A stretch of DNA of 64,000 nucleotides, taken from positions 10,664,001 through 10,728,000 of the forward strand of contig NC_043024.1 in the NCBI RefSeq assembly GCF_006345805.1, written 5' to 3'. The stretch's first letter is position 1. Each line of letters opens with the position of its first letter. Below, in pieces: positions 26,538 to 40,680 of this stretch. Made by a program: the position numbers and the translations under genes. The DNA comes from Octopus sinensis. Its lineage: Eukaryota. Under the pieces are notes generated by a model. It did no database searches. It saw only the letters and a list, made by a program, of their open reading frames with translations, and was not told where the DNA came from.

Positions 26538-27544
26538 CCGTAAATCCTCGAGTATAATTCGCATTTTCCCCCAAAATTTAAAGGTCAAAATCCCTAGTGC
26601 GTACTATATATACGAGGTTATAAATGAAAAGTATTTCCTAAGCAATGCCCGAGTCTCTATTTGCTGTCCAGCAATGTTTATTCAGACGCATTTTGTGAAG
26701 TCGGGCGCAAAAATACCTTAAGCTAAGCCTGAAAGCAATGAAGTCATAAAAGAATCATCCATAACTTGCAGTAAGCAACATTTATTAAACGTTATTACTG
26801 TTATTTCTTTATTTTCTGCAAACAAAATGCACAAAAAAGCTAGGATTTTAAGGATACAATAATAATAAAGGACGTTACCGTATACAGTTTTACAAACTAA
26901 GGACGTTATATAGACCTCCTTGACTCAAGTTAGAGAAGGTGTGCGTATTATACACAAGGTTTAGGTTTACCAGAGGTACAGCCCCCTAAAAATCCCCTGC
27001 GTATTATACTCAAGGGCGGACTATAAATAATAATAAAGGACGTTACCGTATACAGTTTTACAAACCAAGGACGTTATATAGACCTCCTTGACTCAAGTTA
27101 GAGAAGGGGTGCGTATTATACACAAGGTTTAGGTTTTTCAGAGGTACAGCCCCCTAAAAATCCCCTGCATATTATACTTAAGGGCGGACTATAAATAATA
27201 ATAAAGGACGTTACCGTATACATTTTTACAAACCAAGGACGTTATATAGACCTCCTTGACTCAAGTTAGAGAAGGGGTGCGTATTATACACAAGGTTTAG
27301 GTTTTTCAGAGGTACAGCCCCCTAAAAATGCCCTGCATATTATACTCAAGGGCGGACTATAAATAATAATAAAGGACGTTACCGTATACATTTTTATAAA
27401 CCAAGGACGTTATATAGACCTCCTTGACTCAAGTTAGAGAAGGGGTGCGTATTATACACAAGGTTTAGGTTTTTCAGAGGTACAGCCCCTTAAAAATCCC
27501 CTGCGTATTATACTCAAGAGCGGACTATACTCGAGGATTTACAG
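26538..27544. mobile_element. pogo/Tc2-like MITE containing four tandem 168-bp units
   Basis: 19-bp TIRs ccgtaaatcctcgagtata and tatactcgaggatttacag (1 mismatch), TA target duplication. Internal anchor gacgttaccg recurs at 26871, 27039, 27207 and 27375. Confidence 0.85.
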
Positions 27545-29264
27545 TACATAAAAGCAAATTAACTCTTCACAGCATGAGAATTTTGAATTTGAAATGAAGG
27601 AATTACAAGGTAATTTTTTTTTTATTTCATCTAATTTCAGCTCACAAGCTGTAGCCATGCTGGGGCACTGCCATTTATGTGCATAGAATTCACATAATTA
27701 GTGTTTTTTCTTTGATTACTCACTACAAAGTTCACAATTTTTAATTGATACTGATCATGTATTTCATTCTTTTTAGAAACCCTCAGCATGATATGGCTTA
27801 TAACTTATTAATTTTAAGAAATGAGACATTTCGCTAAAGATGAAATTAATTACAACTTGGACGAAAATAATGAAATGTATTTGATTTGTTTGTTTGCTTG
27901 TTTTGGGTTTTTTTTTTACTTCATAGAAAATTAATAACTTAAAGAAAGGAAAGAAAAAAAGAGACCATCTGGAATAATAATAATAATAATAATAATAAAT
28001 GCCCTGATGCAGTACCAGGCAGTGGCTCTCATGGCTTCTGATCTTAACTGATTGGAAGTGTTATCATGTACAGTGTTTTGTCTTGGTATAAAAGATGGGC
28101 TACAGCAAATATTCTGCTCAATACCACAGATTTGCTTGTCAGTTGTTTGACCTTAACCAGTTGAGCATGTCCCTTAGTGGCTGACGATATGTACATCTCT
28201 GATCACGAGCAGAAGTAGTGGGGGAGCATCATAGCCATGAGTTGAGAGGGATTCTTTGGGGTTGAATAATTCACCTCTGGAAACATGGGTGGTTCTTTCA
28301 ACATCCTTAAACAACCCTATTCAGGGACCTTTTGAGCGGGATGGGCTACTCAACCTGAAGAAAATTCTAACTGGCCCCACCTGCAAGGTCATGTGCTGTT
28401 TATCTTGATATGAGATCACCATGTCGCGCACATATGGTTGTGATGCATGTGCCTGGTGTACCTTTATCAGACGGGTAGTCATGATGGGTATATTGGGCTT
28501 CGTATATTTTACCCCAGTGTCACTTTGATGGCATGAACTGCTCTCTCACTCAGTAATAATAATGATAATAATAATAATAACTGTTTGCAGGAGAATTCTA
28601 CCTTGATTGCAGTGCTATGTGTATGTATATATACACATAATACAAGACATCGGAAAGAAGAATGGAGAATTATTACATTCTTTTACTTGTTTCAGTTCTT
28701 TGACTATGGCCATGCTAGAGCACTGCCAGTAGTCGAACAAATTGAAACAGTACTTATTCTATTGGTATCTTTTGCCAAACTACTAAGTCACGGTGATGGA
28801 AACACACCAACATTGGTTGTCAAGCGATGGTGGGAGGATAAACACAGACACACAAACATATACATATATATGTATGTGTGTGTGTATACATATATATATA
28901 TATATCTAAATTCAGTAAAAATTTAGATTCAGTTGAATATGGTACTTAAGTTAAAGGCACCAGAATTTAGTATGGTATTAGCCATATAACTCAAAATGGG
29001 GTGTGGATATCCTTGTTGCTTATTTTGATTATATATATATATATATATTGGCCGTTCGCCAGCTCTGTCTGGCACCTGTGCAGGTGGCACGTAAAAAACA
29101 CCCACTACACTCGCGGAGTGGTTGGCGTTAGGAAGGGCATCCAGCCGTAGAAACACTGCCAGATCTGACTGGGCCTGACGAAGCCTTCCAACTTCACAGA
29201 CCCCAGTTGACCCATCCAACCCATGCTAGCATGGAAAGCGGACGCTAAATGATGATGATGATGA

Positions 29265-29318
<54 letters not shown>

Positions 29319-31516
29319 GATGGGCTTCTTTCAGTTTCTGTCTACCAAATCCACTCACAAGTTGGCCTGAAATTATAGTAGAAGACCCTTGCCCAAGGTG
29401 CCATGTAGTGGGACTGAACTCAGAACCATGTGGCTGGGAAGCAACCTTCTTAACACACAGCCACACCTGCACCTATCTTCAAAATCTTCAAAATTTGTTT
29501 ATTACTGTATTATTCTCACTAAGTTTTCATTAGATGATAATGACGATGTTGGTGATGATACTGAAGAAGATGATGATGATGATGATGATGATGAAGATGG
29601 TGAAGATGGTGATGATGATGAGGAGGAGGAGGATGATGATGATGATGAAGATGGTAATGATGAAGGCAGTCATGATGGCTTTGATCATGATTAGGATGCT
29701 GTTGCTGATGATGATGATGATGGCAATATATGCTGATGAAGAAATGCATATATATACATGATTGTGTGTGTATGTATATATATATATATATATATATGAC
29801 TGTGTGCATAACCATCATCACCACCACCACCATCATCATTGTCATCATCGTCATCATCATCATCATTATCATCACTGTCATCATCATTGTCATCGTCATC
29901 ATTATCATCATTGTCGTCATCATTATCATTATCATCATCATCATTATGTCCATCATCATCATTATGTGTTTGTGTAAGTTTCAGTGAGTGCAACTGAGTG
30001 TGTGTATGTGTGTGTGTGTGTGTGTATATGAATGTCAGACGCAAGTTTCTGTCTGTGTGTACTTATATGTGTGCGAGTGAATGTGCGTTTATGTGTATGT
30101 GTGTGCATGTACGTCTGTGTGTGTGTGTGTGAAGGAAATTTTCGAACGAGTGGGAAGGTTTTTTGCCCTGACGGTGGTGGGGGTGACAGGATTGACGTAA
30201 GCTTTGATTGAATCTCAAGAGAGAGAAGGAGTAGGTGGGAGCACTCGAAAACGTCCGCATAATTTTTGCTTTATTCCATTTCCAATTATGACATTCCTTC
30301 GTCCATTCGTTTATTTATTTATTTTAATCACTGCTGTAATTATTCCATTCTTTAATTAATCCTGCCCATGAAATGAATTAGATATCCATAGAAATCTCCC
30401 GGCGGAGAGAAGAGAGAAATCCAACGGAAAACACTTCGCTTCGGAAGCTTGTGGCTGGCAAACAGAACTTGAGTTTTGGGTCACACAATGGCCGCGGCAT
30501 TCGGCCACACGCACGTGTGTGTGTGTGTGTGTGTGTGTGCATAGACATACACATGTGCGTAAAGCCATCAAACATATATATACACGCTGTCATATATATA
30601 TGTATACACAAATACATACACACACACACACCTGCACACACACACATACATGCACACACACATACACACACACGTACACATGCATACACACATATACACA
30701 CACACACACACATACACACACACACACATGCACACACACATACACACGGACACACATACACACATACACACGTGCATACACACATATACACACACACACA
30801 TACACACACATAGACACGTGAATACACATTCATACATACACATAGACACACATGCACACACACACACACATAGACACACATGCACACACACATACACACA
30901 TACACACACACATAGACACACATGCACACACATATACACACACACACATACACACGTGCATACACACATATACACACACACGCGCATACACATGCCCACA
31001 CATATAAACACACATACACACGGACACACATACACACACATGCTCACACACATACACACACACAGATACACACACATGCACACACATATACACACACACA
31101 CATATACACACACACACATATACATGTGCATACACACACATACACACACACGCGCATACACATACACACACATGCTCACACACATACACACACACACAGA
31201 TACACACACATAGACACACACATATACACACACATACCACACACACACACACACACACACATGCACACACACACACATAAGGCCTCATATCCCGTTAACA
31301 GAGTCAGATTGCTGGAATTATTAGATATATTAACCCTGAAAGGAAAAAAAGCAAGGCTGACCTCAATGAGAATTGAACCAGAACATTAAGAACCATTAAG
31401 CCATATTAATTCTCTTTATGTTCCTTTCAGTACCAACTCCACCATGCCCTATTCTTCAAATTGTTAAAGCAGTTAATAATTCTACCCCTATTTACCAAAA
31501 TATCTACCGTATATAG

Positions 31517-31684
31517 GCGCAGGAGTGGCTGTGTGGTAAGTAGCTTGCTAACCAACCACATGGTTCCGGGTTCAGTCCCACTGCGTGGCACCTTGGGCAA
31601 GTGTCTTCTGCTATAGCCCCGGGCCGACCAATGCCTTGTGAGTGGATTTGGTAGACGGAAACTGAAAGAAGCACATCGTATATA

Positions 31685-31747
<63 letters not shown>

Positions 31748-31978
31748 CGCGTGTGTGTGTGTGTTTATGCGTCTGTGTTTGTCCCCCTAGCATTGCTTGA
31801 CAACCGATGCTGGTGTGTTTATGTCCCCGTTACTTAGCGGTTCGGCAAAAGAGACCGATAGAATAAGTACTGGGCTTACAAAAAGAATAAGTCCCGGGGT
31901 CAAGTTGCTCGTTTAAAGGCGGTGCTCCAGCATGGCCGCAGTCAAATGACTGAAACAAGTAAAAGAGTAAAAAGAGTA
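31517..31978 (+). mobile_element. tRNA-derived SINE family A (representative; other copies about 1-382, 6235-6624, 21665-22305, 36673-37108, 43478-43912, 51473-51915, 53995-54447, 63640-63990)
   Basis: Head ggagtggctgtgtggtaag...ggttccgggttcagtccc (A/B-box-like), CORE-like ccttgggcaagtgtctt, internal (TA)n, tail ...gtcaaatgactgaaacaagtaaaagag. Confidence 0.85.
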
Positions 31979-32159
31979 TATGATGGACTCTCCCATTGTC
32001 AGATGACATATGAGGCTTCGACAATTTCTTACCAAACAACAACAACGACAACAACAACCATACATTTCTATATTTAAGCGATGAGGAATTATTTATATTA
32101 TTTACATTATTTACATTATTTACATTCGATGGATATTTGTCCCAATCTTTTTTGTTGTC

Positions 32160-32205
32160 AACATAGCGTTTCGGCTGGTATACCCTCCAGCCTTCATCAG
32201 GTGTC
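32160..32205 (-). ncRNA. Degenerate hammerhead motif in a Penelope-like pLTR fragment
   Basis: Minus strand GACAC-CUGAUGA-A-GGCUGG(AGGGUAUA)CCAGCC-GAAA-CGCUAUGUU. Perfect 6-bp stem II, but the stem III/cleavage region does not pair properly. Confidence 0.45.
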
Positions 32206-32896
32206 TTGGGGAAATTTCGATAGGATTATCAATAGGATTATCATTTACCATTTATCTTCTGCATGTTGCGCTCATTAGACTGTGACCATTCTGGAGCACC
32301 ACTTTGAATCATCTTCAGTCAATGAACCGGCTCCAATACTTCTTTTTTTATATGTAAACCTGGTACTTATTTTATCAGTCGCTTTTGCTGAACTGTTAAG
32401 TTACAGGGACGTAAACTCACCAACACTGGTTGTCAAGTGGTGTGGTGGTGTAATGGTGTAGTGATGGTGGTGGGTGGCAGACAATCATAAATACACACAC
32501 ATACACACACACAAACATATATATATAATATTTTTTATTAGGGGTTAGGTTGACTTTGACTTTCGTCCTTTTGGGGTCAATAAAATAAGTACCAGTTAAA
32601 AACTTGGGTTGGTGTCATCAACTTATGCCCAGCCCCAAAATTGCTGGCCTTGCACCAAAATTTGAAACCAATATTCTTTACTCGGGGTTACGGCAGCAAG
32701 GTGGCAAAATCGTTAGCACACTGGGCATAGCAGCAGTTCATTTGTTTTTATGTTCTGAGTTCAAATTCCGCTGAGGTCGACTTTGCCTTTCATCCATTCA
32801 GGGTTGATAAAATAAGTACCAGTTGCGTACTGGGGTCAATGTAATCAACTTACCCCACTCCCTTAAAATTTCTGGCCTTGTGCCAAAATTTGAAAC

Positions 32897-32940
<44 letters not shown>

Positions 32941-33935
32941 GGCAGCAAGCTGGCAGAATTGTTAGCACACCGGATGAAATTCTTAGCAGTATTTCATCTG
33001 TCTTTACTTTCTGAGTTCAAGTTCCACCGGAGTCGACTTTGCCTTTCATCCTTTCATTTCGTGGTCGATAAATTAAGTACTAGTTGTGTACTGGAGTCGA
33101 TCTGCATCCTTTAAGGCCCTCATGCTTCCCGAAATCCGTCGAAACTACACCTGATTATATATACACTTTAGATGAGTTGTAGTGCACCTGAGCACTGTAC
33201 ACAATTATTATTATTATTATTATTATTATTATCGACTGGCCCCCTCCCCCAAAATTTCGGACCTTGTGCCTAGACTAGAAAAGAACCGTTAGCACACCGG
33301 GTAAAACGCTTAGGAGTATTTCATTCGTCTTTACGTTCCGAGTTCAAATTCTGCCAAGGTCGACTTTGCTTTCATCCTTTTGTGGGGGGTCGATAAATTA
33401 AGTACCAGTGAACCACTGGGGTCGATATGATCAACTAGTCACCACCCCCACCACCACCCAGCCAAATTTCAGGCCTTGTACCTATAATAGAAAACATTAT
33501 TATTATTATTATTATTGTTGTTGTTGTTGTTGTTGTTGTTACTGCTATTCAGACAATGAGCTGGCACAGTGGTTAACATGCTGGGCAAAATGCTTAGCGG
33601 CATTTCATCCATTTTTACGTTCTGAGTTCAAATCCCGCCATGGTCAACTTTGTCTTTCATCTTCTGGGGTCGATAAATTAAATACCAGTAAAACACTGGG
33701 GTTGATGTAACCGATTTTCCTCTCCTTCAAAATTGCTGGCCTTGTGCCCAAAATTGGAATCAGTATTTTCTTAGGGGCTTTTATATTCGGGGTTGCAGTC
33801 GGGGTCAGTGGAGTTAAAGGTTTTTTTTTTATGTTTCTATTCTTTTTGGTTTTTTCTTTGATATTGTTGTCTTTTTTCTTCCGTTTTTTAAAATTTTCTT
33901 TCTTTTTTTTTTGTTTCCGACCATGCCACAACCAG

Positions 33936-34057
33936 GAGAGTCTGTTGTTGTCCGTCCTACCACAGCACATCGCCATGGAGATGAAGTCCGACATAACTGG
34001 ACAACCAAAACACACAATGTTCCACAAGATTTACCTGAAACGATACGATAGCGTCAG
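33936..34057 (+). CDS. ADCY5: Adenylyl cyclase exon (helical domain to start of C1a)
   Basis: 122 nt, phase 0/2. [40 protein letters not shown](S); donor GTAAG at 34058. Confidence 0.95.
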
Positions 34058-34129
34058 GTAAGAAACAGAGAGAGAGAGAAAAGGCAATGATCTTGTTGTT
34101 ATTGATGATGATGATGGAGGGGAGCAGTG

Positions 34130-35525
34130 AGATTAGTGATGATAAGTGATGGTGGTGGTAGTGGTGATGCTGATGTTGGTTTTGGTGGTGGTGTTGGTGG
34201 TTGTGGTGATGGTGGTGGTGGTTTTGGTGGTGATGATGGCGGTGGTGGTTTTGGTGGTGGTGGTTTTGGTGGTTGTGGTTTTGGTGGTGATGGTGGTAGT
34301 TTTGGTGGTGATGGTTTTGGTGGTGATGGTTTTGGTGGTGATGGTTTTGGTGCTGATGGTTTTGGTGGTTGTGGTTTTGGTGGTGGTGGTGGTTTTGGTG
34401 GTGGTTTTGGTGATTGTGGTTTTGGTGGTGGTGGTTTTGGTGGTTGTGGTTTTGGTGGTGGTGGTGGTTTTGGTGGTGGTTTTGGTGATTGTGGTTTTGG
34501 TGGTGGTGGTTTTGGTGGTTGTGGTTTTGGTGGTGGTGGTTTTGGTGGTTGTGGTTTTGGTGGTGGTGGTTTTGGTTGATTGTGGTTTGGTGGTGGTGGT
34601 TTGGTGGTTGTGGTTTTGGTGGGTGGTGGTTTTGGTGGTGGTTTTGGTGATTGTGGTTTTGGTGGTGGTGGTGGTTTTGGTGGTTGTGGTTTTGGTGGTG
34701 GTGGTGGTTTTTGGTGGCTGATGGTTTTGGTGGTTGTGGTTTTGGTGGTGGTGGTGGTTTTGGTGGTGGTTTTGGTGATTGTGGTTTGGTGGTGGTGGTT
34801 TTGGTGGTTGTGGTGGTTTTGGTGGTTGTGGTTTTGGTGCTGATGGTTTTGGTGGTTGTGGTTTTGGTGGTGGTGGTGGTTTTGGTGGTGGTTTTGGTGA
34901 TTGTGGTTTTGGTGGTGGTGGTTTTGGTGGTTGTGGTTTTGGTGGTGGTGGTGGTTTTGGTGGTGGTTTTGGTGATTGTGGTTTTGGTGGTTGTGGTTTT
35001 GGTGGTGGTGGTGGTTTTTGGTGGGGTTTGGTGTGGTGGTTTTGGTGGTTGTGGTTTGGTGGTTGGGGTGGTGGTTTTGGTGGTTGTGGTTTGGTGGTGG
35101 TGGTGGTTTTGGTGATTGTGGTTTGGTGGTGGGGTTGTTTTGGTGGTTGTGGTTGGTGCTGATGGTTTTGGTGGTGGTTTTGGTGGTGGTGGTGGTTTGG
35201 TGGTGGTTTTGGTGATTGTGGTTTTGGTGGTGGTGGTGGTTGGTGGTTGTGGTTTGGTGGTGGTGGTGGTTTTGGTGGTGGTTTTGGTGATTGTGGTTTT
35301 GGTGGTTGTGGTTTTGGTGGTGGTGGTGGTTTTGGTGGTGGTTTTGGTGGTGGTGGTTTTGGTGGTTGTGGTTTTGGTGGTGGTGGTTTTGGTGGTTGTG
35401 GTTTTGGTGGTGGTGGTTTTGGTGATTGTGGTTTTGGTGGTGGTGGTTTTGGTGGTTGTGGTTTTGGTGGTGGTGGTTTTGGTGATTGTGGTTTTGGTGG
35501 TTGTGGTTTTGGTGGTGGTGGTGGG
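34130..35525. repeat. G/T-rich low-complexity minisatellite (ggtggttttggtggttgt-like)
   Basis: Direct reading; similar (GGT/GTA)n tracts at 3380-4240 and 4470-5020. Confidence 0.9.
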
Positions 35526-35912
35526 GGTAAGATTAGTAGTGGCAATGGTGCTGCTGATGATGATGGGTCAATTTGTTTGACTAAAATTCTTCAAGGCGAT
35601 GCCCCAGCATGGCCATAGTCTAATGAGTAAAACAAGTGAAAGATAAAAAATAGGAGATGCCTTTGAAATACTCAGCCCTTGAGTTGGTGGAGCAACAGAA
35701 AGCCCATCATAGACTCTCACCGGGTTTCATTTACTACTTCATGTCTATAGGTGTGCAGGAGTGGCCTTGTGGTAAGTAACTTGCTTACCAACCACATGGT
35801 TCCAAGTTCAGTCCCACTGCGTGGCACCTTGTGCAAGTGTCTTCTACTATAGCCTCATGCCGACCAAAGCCTTGTGAGTGGATTTGTAGACGGAAACTGA
35901 AAGAAGCCTGTC

Positions 35913-35962
<50 letters not shown>

Positions 35963-36053
35963 GTATATATATATATATGTATATATATGTATATATATAT
36001 ATATGTATATATATGTATTATATATATATGTATATATATAATATGTATATATG

Positions 36054-36086
<33 letters not shown>

Positions 36087-36190
36087 GTATATATATGTAT
36101 ATATATAACGGGAAGCTTTATGAAAATAAACAAAAGACGAAGGCAGGTGGAAGACAAACGAACAATTGTATTGTATATATATATATATGT

Positions 36191-36261
<71 letters not shown>

Positions 36262-36844
36262 TAGGGAGTGTAACTCCAAACTTACAGGGAAAAATTCAAT
36301 TTAGTATTAAATCAAATTTCACTGTATAATATATAAAATATGAATTAGAGATAACACCACTATTATGCAACTCAAACAGTGATAGACATAAACCAGAACA
36401 TAAAAAACAAAAAAAAAATATTTTTATAAAGCATATAACTTATAACTAGATCTCAAAAAATATAAAATGAATGATCAATATTGGCACGTAAAAAGCACCC
36501 ACTACACTCGTGGAGTGGTTGGCGTTAGGAAGGGCATCCAGCTGTAGAAACACTGCCAGACCAGACTGGAGCCTGGGGCAGCCCCTGGCTCCCCAGACCC
36601 CGGTCGAAACCGTCCAACCCGTGCTAGCGCGGAAAACGGACGTTAAACGATGATGATGATGATGATGATGATAGGCTCAGGAGTAGCTGTATGGTAAGTA
36701 GCTTGCTTACCAACCACATGGTTTCGGGTTCATTCCCACTGTGTGGCATGTTGGGCAAGTGTCTTCTACTATAGCCTCAGGCCGACCAAAGCCTTGTGAG
36801 TGGATTTGGTAGACGGAATTTGAAAGAAGCCTGTCGTATATATG

Positions 36845-36875
<31 letters not shown>

Positions 36876-37381
36876 GTATATGTGTGTGTATATGTTTGTG
36901 TGTCTGTGTTTGTCTCCCTAGCATTGCTTGACAACCGATGCAGGTGTGTTTACGTCCCCGTAACTTAGCGGTTCGGCAAAAGACACCGATAGAATAAGTA
37001 CTAGGCTTCCAAAGAATAAGTCCTGGGGTTGATTTCTTTGACTAAAAGACAGTGCTCCAGCATGGCCGCAGTCAAATGACTGACACAAGTAAAAGAATAG
37101 AAAGAGTATATCAGGAATGTGACATTTGCATTGCAAACGAGCAAGTTCTGATGAGTCTAACGAGACATGAATTATAAATATTAATGATTAGATTAATGAA
37201 AAATATGAGTGATATTATAGAGATAATCTGTGGTTCGTTATATAAATGCTAAATGAATTCATGGAACCCAGTGCTTAATAAATTCTGACACAGTAAATTA
37301 ATAATATTTTGAATCGAGGCAAGGATAAATTTCCTCGTAACTTTCAGCTTCAATATTTATTACACTTAACGAACATGACAA

Positions 37382-38205
37382 AGATGGCAGACAGGTAGAT
37401 TCGTTAACATGCCAGGTGAAATGTTTAGTGGTATTTGGTATTTTACTCATTACTCAGGGTCGATAAATTAAGTACCAGTTGCGTAGTTAGGTCGATCTAA
37501 TCAACTGACCCCCTCCCAAAAAATTTAGGGCCTTGTGCATAGAGTAGAAAAGGATATTTATTATACATAACGAAGATGGTAGACAGGTAGATTCGTTAAC
37601 ATGCCAGGTGAAATGTTAGTGGTATTTGGTATTTTACTCATTACTCAGGGTCGATAAATAAGTACCAGTTGCGTAGTTAGGTCGATCTAATCAACTGACC
37701 CCCTCCCAAAAAATTTAGGGCCTTGTGCATAGAGTAGAAAAGGATATTTATTATACATAACGAAGATGGTAGACAGGTAGATTCGTTAACATGCCAGGTG
37801 AAATGTTTAGTGGTATTTGGTATTTTACCCATCGCTATGTTCTGGGTTCAAATTCTGCTGAGGTCCGCTTTGCCTTTCATCCTTTCAGGGTCGATACATT
37901 AAGTACCAGTTACGCACTGGAGTCGATCTAATCGACTGGCCCCCACTTCCCCAAATTTCAGGCCTTGTGCCTAGAGTAGAAAAGAATATTAAAGGCTGTG
38001 AGCTGGCAGAAACGTTAGCATGCTGGGTGAAATGCTTAGCAGTATTTCATCTGTCTTTTCGTTCTGAGTTCAAATTCCGTCGAGGTTGACTTTGCTTTTC
38101 ATCCTTTCGGGGTTGGTAAATTAAGTACCAGTTGCATGCTGGGGTCAATCTAATCGACTGGCCCCCTCCTCCAAAACTTCAGGCCTTGTACCTATAGTAG
38201 AAAAG
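37382..38205 (+). repeat. Tandem SINE-B-derived units (period about 190 bp)
   Basis: agatgg(c/t)agacagg at 37382, 37574 and 37764, followed by a further SINE copy. Confidence 0.8.
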
Positions 38206-38439
38206 GATATTATTTTACAGAATAAGAAATATAACAAGCATATGTATGTGTGTTTCTCTTAATTATTGAGCTGAACTGGTTTACAGAGACATAAGTTATT
38301 TCATGTGTGTCCATAAAATGGTAACAATGTATAACAGTTCTTATGAGACAATGTACAAAGATTGCAAACCTCCCAAGCAGAGAACTCAATGGCAGTGAAA
38401 AATTTCGCCTGACGCACCTTAGCACTGTATACAATAATT

Positions 38440-39030
38440 TCATTATTATTTAAAAAACACGAATGGAGATTGTGAAAAATCTGAAATTCTCCCATGGAAA
38501 AGAATAAGCAGACAAAGAAGCCTGCATTGTAAAAGATATAAGATCATACCCTAAAGCCTTCCCTAAGTACGTCAAGGTAACTGCGGCTGAATGTTGCAAG
38601 GTAGGGCCACTCCTCCGAAAAGATGGCTCCCTCATAGGAAATCCAGTGAAGATGGGTGAAACACTGAATGAACAATTCCAAAATGTTTTCATTCCCACCC
38701 TTACAGCATATGCAAATTAGCAAGCCTGTAGAATTCTTTACTACTACAAATTTAAAAAGGTGGGCAGTAACAATTGATTCCATCAGCATCAAAGAAGAAG
38801 ATGTAATACTGGCCGTAAATGAGGTAGACATGAACTCAGCTGCTGGCCCTGATGGATTCACAGCAGGTCCTTCTCAAATCATGCAAACGGGCCCTTTCTA
38901 AGCCACTGTAGCTTTGTTTGCAGAGCTTTCTTGAATGTGGTAAGCTCACGGGCAAACTGAAGGAGGGAATAATGGACCTTATCCATAAAGGAGGAAGCAG
39001 AACAGATGCTAAAAACTAAAGGCCTATCTC
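38440..39030 (+). mobile_element. CR1/L2-type LINE fragment (pre-RT region)
   Basis: ...EDVILAVNEVDMNSAAGPDGF... followed by a degenerate PIHKGGSRTDAKN.RPISL-like stretch; frameshifted. Confidence 0.65.
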
Positions 39031-39355
39031 TTTGGCACATCAGCAAAGCCATGGAATGAATATTTCATTTTTGGATTTGGTTTGCAAGATTCTTTATATG
39101 AGTTCGTGTGTTGAAGCATGTTCTGTTGTGTCTGGGGAGAGTCATTTTCTTTTTGTGCCTTATTATGTAACACACTCAACGGTAAAATTTCCAGCATATA
39201 ACTCAGAACGTAGACAGTCAAAATACCATTAATCATTTTGCCCAACTGATGATTTTATCAGCTCACCACCTTTTTCACGACAATATTAAATAATAATAAT
39301 AATAATAATAATAATAAGAGTAATGATAATAATAATAATAATAATAATAATAAGA

Positions 39356-39401
<46 letters not shown>

Positions 39402-39469
39402 GAGTAATGATAATAATAATAATAATAATAATAAGAGTAATGATAATAATAATAATAATAATAATAATA

Positions 39470-40680
39470 ATTGTTTCAAATTTTGGCACAAGGCCAGCAA
39501 TTTCATGTGAGTGGGTAAGTTGATTACATTGACCCCCATTGCTCGTCTGGTACTTATTTTATCAACCCTGAAACAATGAAAGGTAAAATCACCCTTGGCA
39601 GAATTTGAACTCAGAACGCAAAGACAGACAAAATACCTATTTCTTTACTACCCACAAGGGGCTAAACACAGAGGGGACAAAAACGGACAGACAAACGGAT
39701 TAAGTTGATTATATTGACCCCAGTACATAACTGGTACTTATTTAATCGACCCCGAAAAGATGGAAGGCAGAATTTGAACTCAGAATGTCACGGCAGACAA
39801 AATACCGCTAAGCATTTCACCCGACGTGCTAACGATTCTGCCAGCTTGCTGCCTTCATATAATAAATGATAATAATAATCCTTTATACTATAGGCACAAG
39901 GCCTGAAGTTTGGGGGAGGGGGATAGTAGATTACATAGACCCCAATACTCAACTGGTACTTAATTTGTCAACCCTGAAAGGATGAAAGGTGAAATCAACC
40001 TCAGCAGAATTTGAACACAGAACCGAAAGACAGACGAAATACTGCTAAAGCATTTTGCCCGGCATGCTAACAATTCTTATTTCTTTATTGCCCACAAGGG
40101 GCTAAACATAGAGGAGACAAACAAGGACAGACAAAGGGATTAGGTCGATTACATCTACCCCAGTGCGTAACTGGTACTTATTTAATCGATCCCAAAAGGA
40201 TGAAAGGCAAAGTCGACCTCGGCGGAATTTAAACTCAGAACGCAATGACAGACGAAAAACCTATTTCTTTACTATCTAGAGGGGGCTAAACACAGAGAGG
40301 ACAAACAGGGACAGACAAATGAATTAAGTCGATTATATCGACCCCAGTGCATAATTGGTATTTATTTAATCGATCCCGAAAGGATGAAAGGCAAAGTCGA
40401 CCTCGGTGGAATTTGAACACAGAACATAGCGGCAGACAAGATAACTATTTCTTTACTACCCACAAGGGGCTGAACACAGAGGGGACAAACAGGGACAGAC
40501 AAACGAATTAAGTCGATTATATCGACCCCAGCGCATAACTGGTACTTATTTAATCGATCCCAAAAGGGTGAAAGGCAAAGTCGACCTCGGCAGAAATTGA
40601 ACTCCGGATGTAGCGGTAGACGAAATACCGCTAAGCATTTCACCTGGCGTTCAAACAATTCTGCAAGCTTGCTGCCTCCT
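39470..40680 (-). repeat. Tandem array of SINE-B units, minus strand
   Basis: Repeated ctggtacttatttaatcgaccccgaaaggatgaaaggcaaagtcgacctcggcggaattt blocks. Confidence 0.8.

Noticed and set aside
33963-33965. Q codon (CAG) in LPQH as a possible Q-to-R editing-restored site
   Set aside because: From recollection some invertebrate cyclases have genomic Q here, and no editing-complementary structure was found nearby; no evidence without RNA data.
37146-37175. CTGATGA-GTCT-aacg-AGAC, a hammerhead-like 5' half
   Set aside because: Followed by ATGAA instead of GAAA, with no stem I or III pairing.
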